Under the pieces are notes generated by a model. That model did no database searches. It was not told the DNA's origin and saw only the letters and a program-made list of their open reading frames with translations. This document shows positions 58,879-64,000 of a DNA stretch of 64,000 nucleotides, one piece after another. Each line of letters begins with the position of its first letter. The stretch's first letter is position 1. The stretch comes from Paraphysomonas bandaiensis (lineage: Eukaryota; Protista; Chrysophyceae), in the NCBI GenBank assembly GCA_965644295.1, contig CBFFRP010000408.1, positions 124,001 through 188,000 of the forward strand. The letters run 5' to 3'. The translations under genes were made by a program, and so were the position numbers.

Positions 58879-60844
58879 ATGGGAACTACTTGTTCGAAAA
58901 CAAATGCGGCCACAGATCACCTCTTTACAAGTAACGACTTGTCGGAGTTCATAGCTTTCTTCAGGTGATACTTATACATACACACTGTCCTCTGCGCCTC
59001 ATCAGTGACTGTCTTGTCTGTCTCATAGGCTGAGAGGGATTGAGGGGTTCTTAAGTGACAACAGTGTGAAGACAGTAACAGATCTTCAGTTCATATATAC
59101 GAGCGATGAGAAGCTGCTGGAGGTTCAGGCAGCAGTCGACCCACAAACATACCAGCGGTTCTTATCTGCTCCACTATACGCTACTCTACTGAGCGGTATC
59201 GATGTTGCCATCAATAACCCGAAACCAAAAAAGAGAAAGCCAAAATCCATTGCACATGAAATCGATAGTAAGTTTGAATAACGAATTTTGGGGACACTAG
59301 CTTATCAACAGTTATATACAGGAGTTACTAGAGATTTCGCTAACACACGCGCTGGAATTGATATTACAATCATGATGGACGTTACCGGAAGCATGACGCG
59401 CTACAAAGAAAACATGGAGAAACATGCAGAAAATGTTGTCTCAAAGGTAAAGGAGACACACCCTAACGCACGAATAAGGGTTGCATTCATTGGTTATCGC
59501 GATGTCAAAGACCAGGGTAATCTGGTCGTCGTGGACTTCACAGAGGACATAAGTGCGGTCCAGAAGGAAATAAAGAAGGAGAAACCTAGCGGGGGCACAG
59601 GTTATACTGCGGATATTGCTGGGGCACTCGAGAAAGCATGCACTTTATCCTGGTCCTCTGAAACTAAAATTATATTTCACGCATGTGACACCCCTTGTCA
59701 TGGAACTGACTACCACGACCCTGCCAAGAAAATTCGAGAGCCGTATCCTGATGGGTTGCCAGATGGTATTACTCGTCCTGCTTCAGAAGATATGCTTAAG
59801 CAACTTCGAGACAGGAAAGTGCACTACTTTTTCGGAAGAATTATTGATCACACCGATTTAATGGTGCAAAAGTTCAATTCTGAACTTAAGGGTGACGTGC
59901 CCTATATTAGAGAAGTTGATGTCTCTAATGGATCTTGTTTGATTGACACAGTTACCCAATGTGTGACAGACTCATCTGCCGGCGTGCTATCCACCTCTCT
60001 TTCGTATGACTGTAGAGATGATCCTGATAACATTGAAGACACTATCCAAATAGACGAAACGAAGCCTAATTGGAACACTATTTCCCCCCTAGTCGCGCAT
60101 ATGTATGAGTCTCGAACAGACGTTTCGTATATCACTGAAGGGAGTGCCGCTATACCTCAGGGGGATCCTGAAAACGTATTGGGCAAGGAGAAACAGATTG
60201 AAATCCAAGTAGCTCCACGTCCTTTTGCTAAAGGAAAGTTTAAACGTGCACACTGGTGTCGATTAGATGGCAAAGAAAAAGTTATAAAATTTTTTACGTC
60301 GAACCATAAGCGAGGGAACATCTACTCGGCCAGAAAATATCTTTATGCAGTCAATGTGGCTCGAGAATATGCAAAAAAATACAATATGCAGAGGGAAGAA
60401 GAAGTACCTGCTATACACTTTTTGGATGCAAAAATAGTCAACATTCCTTCCATCAAGTTCGGGGCAAGCGAGCAAACCGGTTCTGTTGCTTTCGGCATCG
60501 TTGAGGACTACCTCGAAGGCGAATGGGAAAAAATGTCTAGCAATAATGGCTATGTAAATCCAAATCGAATTAGACATGAGGCAGTTCATACTCTCTCTCA
60601 TTCTGTGTATCAGTGGTCAGCGGGTTGTGTTCTTCTCGTGGACTGCCAGGGGATTCACAACGAGCGGGAAAATGCCTTCATACTCTCTGATCCCGCTTTT
60701 CACACAAGACAAAACCTCAAATACCTATTCGATGGAACAAACTTACAAGTGAAGGGCATGAAGCAATTCTTTCAGACTCACCAGTGCAACAGGGTTTGCA
60801 GTGCTTTCGGGTTAACACCAACAACACCCTCCGCTATTATGTGA
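58879..60844 (+). CDS. vWA-domain alpha-kinase (VwkA-like architecture), 3 exons
   Basis: MIDAS DVTGSM, VAFIGYRD; alpha-kinase PFAKG, VIKF, EDYLEGEWEKMSSNNG, VDCQG, LSDPAFH, FFQTHQCNRVC. Upstream exons 58879-58964 and 59029-59266. Confidence 0.9.
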
Positions 60845-61440
60845 AGGATGAATTAAGGATAGTAAGATGATCCTCTATCCGAAGTACGTACTTACACATG
60901 TATGAAATGTACGACACTACGTCTAATAACGAAGCACGATTATTTAAATCATTTACTTAGAAGTGGTTAATGTACTGATGTCAATTCTAAGCCCTTATAT
61001 TCTTTTTGCAACCTGACCATATTATATATATGATATTAAATCTATTCATAGCATATGTAGGAGATTACATCTTAACAAGAATGTGGTGGTCAATATTGAG
61101 TCGGCATTATATACAATATATACCGAATAGCATATGTAATATGCAATGCAATTAGTCAGGTTTCATTTGTTACACCACAAGAAATTTCAAATGTAGGTTG
61201 GTTTGACTATTGCTATCATACCTCGAATATATCGCATTATTATATCTACCTACAACTGTAACACACTGCTACGGTAAACTACAGAATAGAAATCGATATA
61301 ACGCTGCTTATGACTCATCAGACGCAAAGCATACCATGCGCATACACTACACCAAGCATGCGTTAATCGTCGTGCTGTAAACCACGAAGCAACAAAACAT
61401 AGGATATTATCTAAAAACAAAAAATAAGTGTATTCGTCTA

Positions 61441-64000
61441 TCACTTCCAACTGTTCCCCGGCTGCTGGTGATAGGCACTTGAATTGCCGTTGGGGTGTGA
61501 ATTCGGCATCATATGCCGTCCACTCCCCCCGCTAGAAACCCCATAGCCCGAATTTAATGACGCATTGCCCATGGCCATAGTGGCATCAGCCATACTGTGG
61601 GAGTGGGCAGGTGAAATGTCAGCACCACTGAGGAAGTCGTCAGACTCGAAGAAGAGCTCATCGTCCCCGTTGTCATCACATGGCTCTGCGCTTTTTGGGT
61701 TTATCGCAATCCCTGTCGATTTTGGTGTACTAGTAATTTTCGAATCTCTTGAGAGCGTTCTTTCTGTGTCTCCATTTTGGGTATCATCATCACCACCCAA
61801 CATTGACATAAATGAAGACTGCGTGTGTGGGGCAGAATACGCAAGTGACTGGGACGTGTTCGTGCCACCTTGAGTACTCTGAGCGGTTGCCCATGTACCC
61901 GGCTCTGAATGATGCAGATCACTTCTACTGTGGCTCTCATGCGTAGCCATAGTCAAGGGTTCACCAACAGATTTTGTTTTTTCATGACCTCCTGCCATTG
62001 GAGAATGGGGAGGATACTGGGTGTGAGTGTAAGCATCAAACCGCCTATCAGGAGAGTTCCCATACCCCTGTCCTTGTCCTCCCACCCAACCCTGGTGAGG
62101 TCTGTGTCCACCCGTTCTGTGGTGGCCTCTACCTTCGCTCATGGGCTCTTGGGGATGCGATGCATAGTCGTGTGAGTAAGACGCAGATAAAGGCGGGCGC
62201 TGGGCACTTCTCGATGTTCCGCGACGATGAGGTGAATTTCCATACGATGATCCCATTCGATGCGAGGGAATGGATTGCCCATGGTGATGAGGGGCCGACT
62301 GGAAGCCAAACGACTGTAGATATCGACTTTCATCAATATCTGCGCGATTTAAAGCATGTCCAAAATCCGTGGGTCCACTTCCAATGCCACCTAATGACGA
62401 GGCAAACAATGAGCTACCGTAACTCGACGCTGTACTGTTATATGACGAAGCAATCTTGTTCGACGAAGTCTGTTGGCCAGAAGCAGGCATCGGGATTGGC
62501 ATCGATCCACTCTTGCTTTGTTCAGAGGGCGAGTCAAACGACTGCTGCTGATGATGAAAGAGAGAGCTGATCATGGACCCTGAGAATGAATAGGACTGAG
62601 CCTGTTGCTGTTGTTGGGGCCCCATCTGATTCGAAGGAGATCCACCAAGGGAGGAGGAGTAGTATCCACCCGATACCCCCCTCTCCGTACCATGCTTCTG
62701 TTGTTGCCATTGAAAGAAACTAGTCGGTTTCTGGTGCTCTGGGGGAGAGCCATATTGTGGACCAGAGTTTGGGTACCCTTGACCCCCTTGGGGATGCCGC
62801 CGAGCTTGATGTGAGTAACTTGCGGGGTTGCTGTATCGACGAGGCCGTCCACTGTCTGACGCTGCTGCGCGAGGTCCATTACGTGAATCTTGCCGATGCA
62901 TCTGGTGATGCTGTGGGACTGATGATGGAGTTGTTTCAGACCACATAGGCGTAGCATACGGTGGCCACACCTTGTCGTCGCCCGGCTGCTGAGTGACTAC
63001 ACCTACGTCTGATCCTGACACATTCCCAGATCCAGAGCCTCTCGTAGTTGGTGCCACATCACACCGCTGACCAAGATTCACTGGCTCAGATTCACGGCGA
63101 TCGCTCTTTTTCAAAAGGGAAAACTCACGAGTCTCCACTGTGGTACCGTATTTGGCGGAACACATTTGATACACAGAGTCTGGAAGTTTGCCGTGATACT
63201 GCCGAAGTCGTTCCTGAACGACCTTATCTGGCCTTGGGCTGTACGGCAAACACGCTATAACTCCGTCTTCACTACTACCTCCAATGCTTGAGTAATTAGT
63301 GATAAATGGGTGTTCCACAGCTTGCTTCGCCGTAAGTCGTTGCCAAGGGTCAAGCTTTAAGAGACCCTGAAGAAAATCTAAGAAGCACTTCCTCTTGTTG
63401 ATTTCTTCTCTCTTTTGCTGTTCTGTTAGCCTAGACTTTCTTGAAAGTGGGCACTTCAATATCACGTCACTCAAGACGTTATACTTCAAATAGCGCCGAA
63501 AGGTTGGGACCGTGGTATTGTTCTCCAGGGCGTACTCCTCGGCGGTTTTGAGGCGATAAGTGTGAGTTGGTCGGGTCGTTTGTGACTGACTACTATAGGG
63601 GTTCCATGCGCGGTCGGCTGGAACACTCGGACTGGTAGTAAAAAATTTAGTACCATTTTTACCGTTCTGTATGAGATAGTCTGGTATGGCCCCGAGCATG
63701 TCAACAATGCGAGTGAGCTGATTGTGCTGTGACACCCCTGGAAAAAGAGGAAGACCTAAAAACATCTCTGCACAGACACACCCAAGCGACCACATATCGA
63801 TTGCACCATTATAAGGAACACCTGCAAAGGTGGTTACCAGTATAGACTTTTGTGTATTAAATGGATCAGACAAACCAATTGACAAGTACACAGTACACAC
63901 TAAGTTATACACACCAAGTGCACACTAGTTTAGACAAAACAAAATTACCTAGCAACACCTCCGGTGAGCGATAAAACCTGCTCTGAATGTAAGAGTACAT
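61441..64000 (-). CDS. YAK1: DYRK-family YAK1-like protein kinase, 3' part (5' end outside window)
   Basis: MYSYIQSRFYRSPEVLL|GVPYNGAIDMWSLGC, LGLPLFPG, long S/G/H/Q-rich tail; intron 63822-63948. Confidence 0.85.

Overview
Eukaryotic nuclear DNA with compact genes and many short GT-AG introns (often ~40-60 bp). A stramenopile/protist origin is likely, but that is inference from gene style, not proof. About 17 protein genes are supportable: MECR-like, TXNDC17, kinesin-4-like with a 53-aa-repeat tail, F-box/LRR, ABCB half-transporter, spermidine synthase, FEN1, cytochrome b5 reductase, TPK K+ channel, vWA-alpha-kinase, YAK1-like kinase and several unknowns. Most are arranged as divergent pairs. 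Two TE islands (~9.5-17.6 kb, ~41.9-45.7 kb) hold a young Ty1/copia element (identical 319-bp LTRs, CTATA TSD, one in-frame TGA in gag), a solo LTR ending in TA (second copy at 156-449), hAT remnants/MITEs, and a family of short non-autonomous non-LTR retroelements. The best candidate for something undescribed is that last family. One copy (41880-43089) is flanked by a 12-bp TSD and begins exactly at an 87-nt sequence that can be folded by eye into an HDV-ribozyme-like double pseudoknot with non-canonical P1/P1.1. Related copies carry different internal deletions. Coordinates and splice sites were read manually; multi-exon CDS spans include introns.
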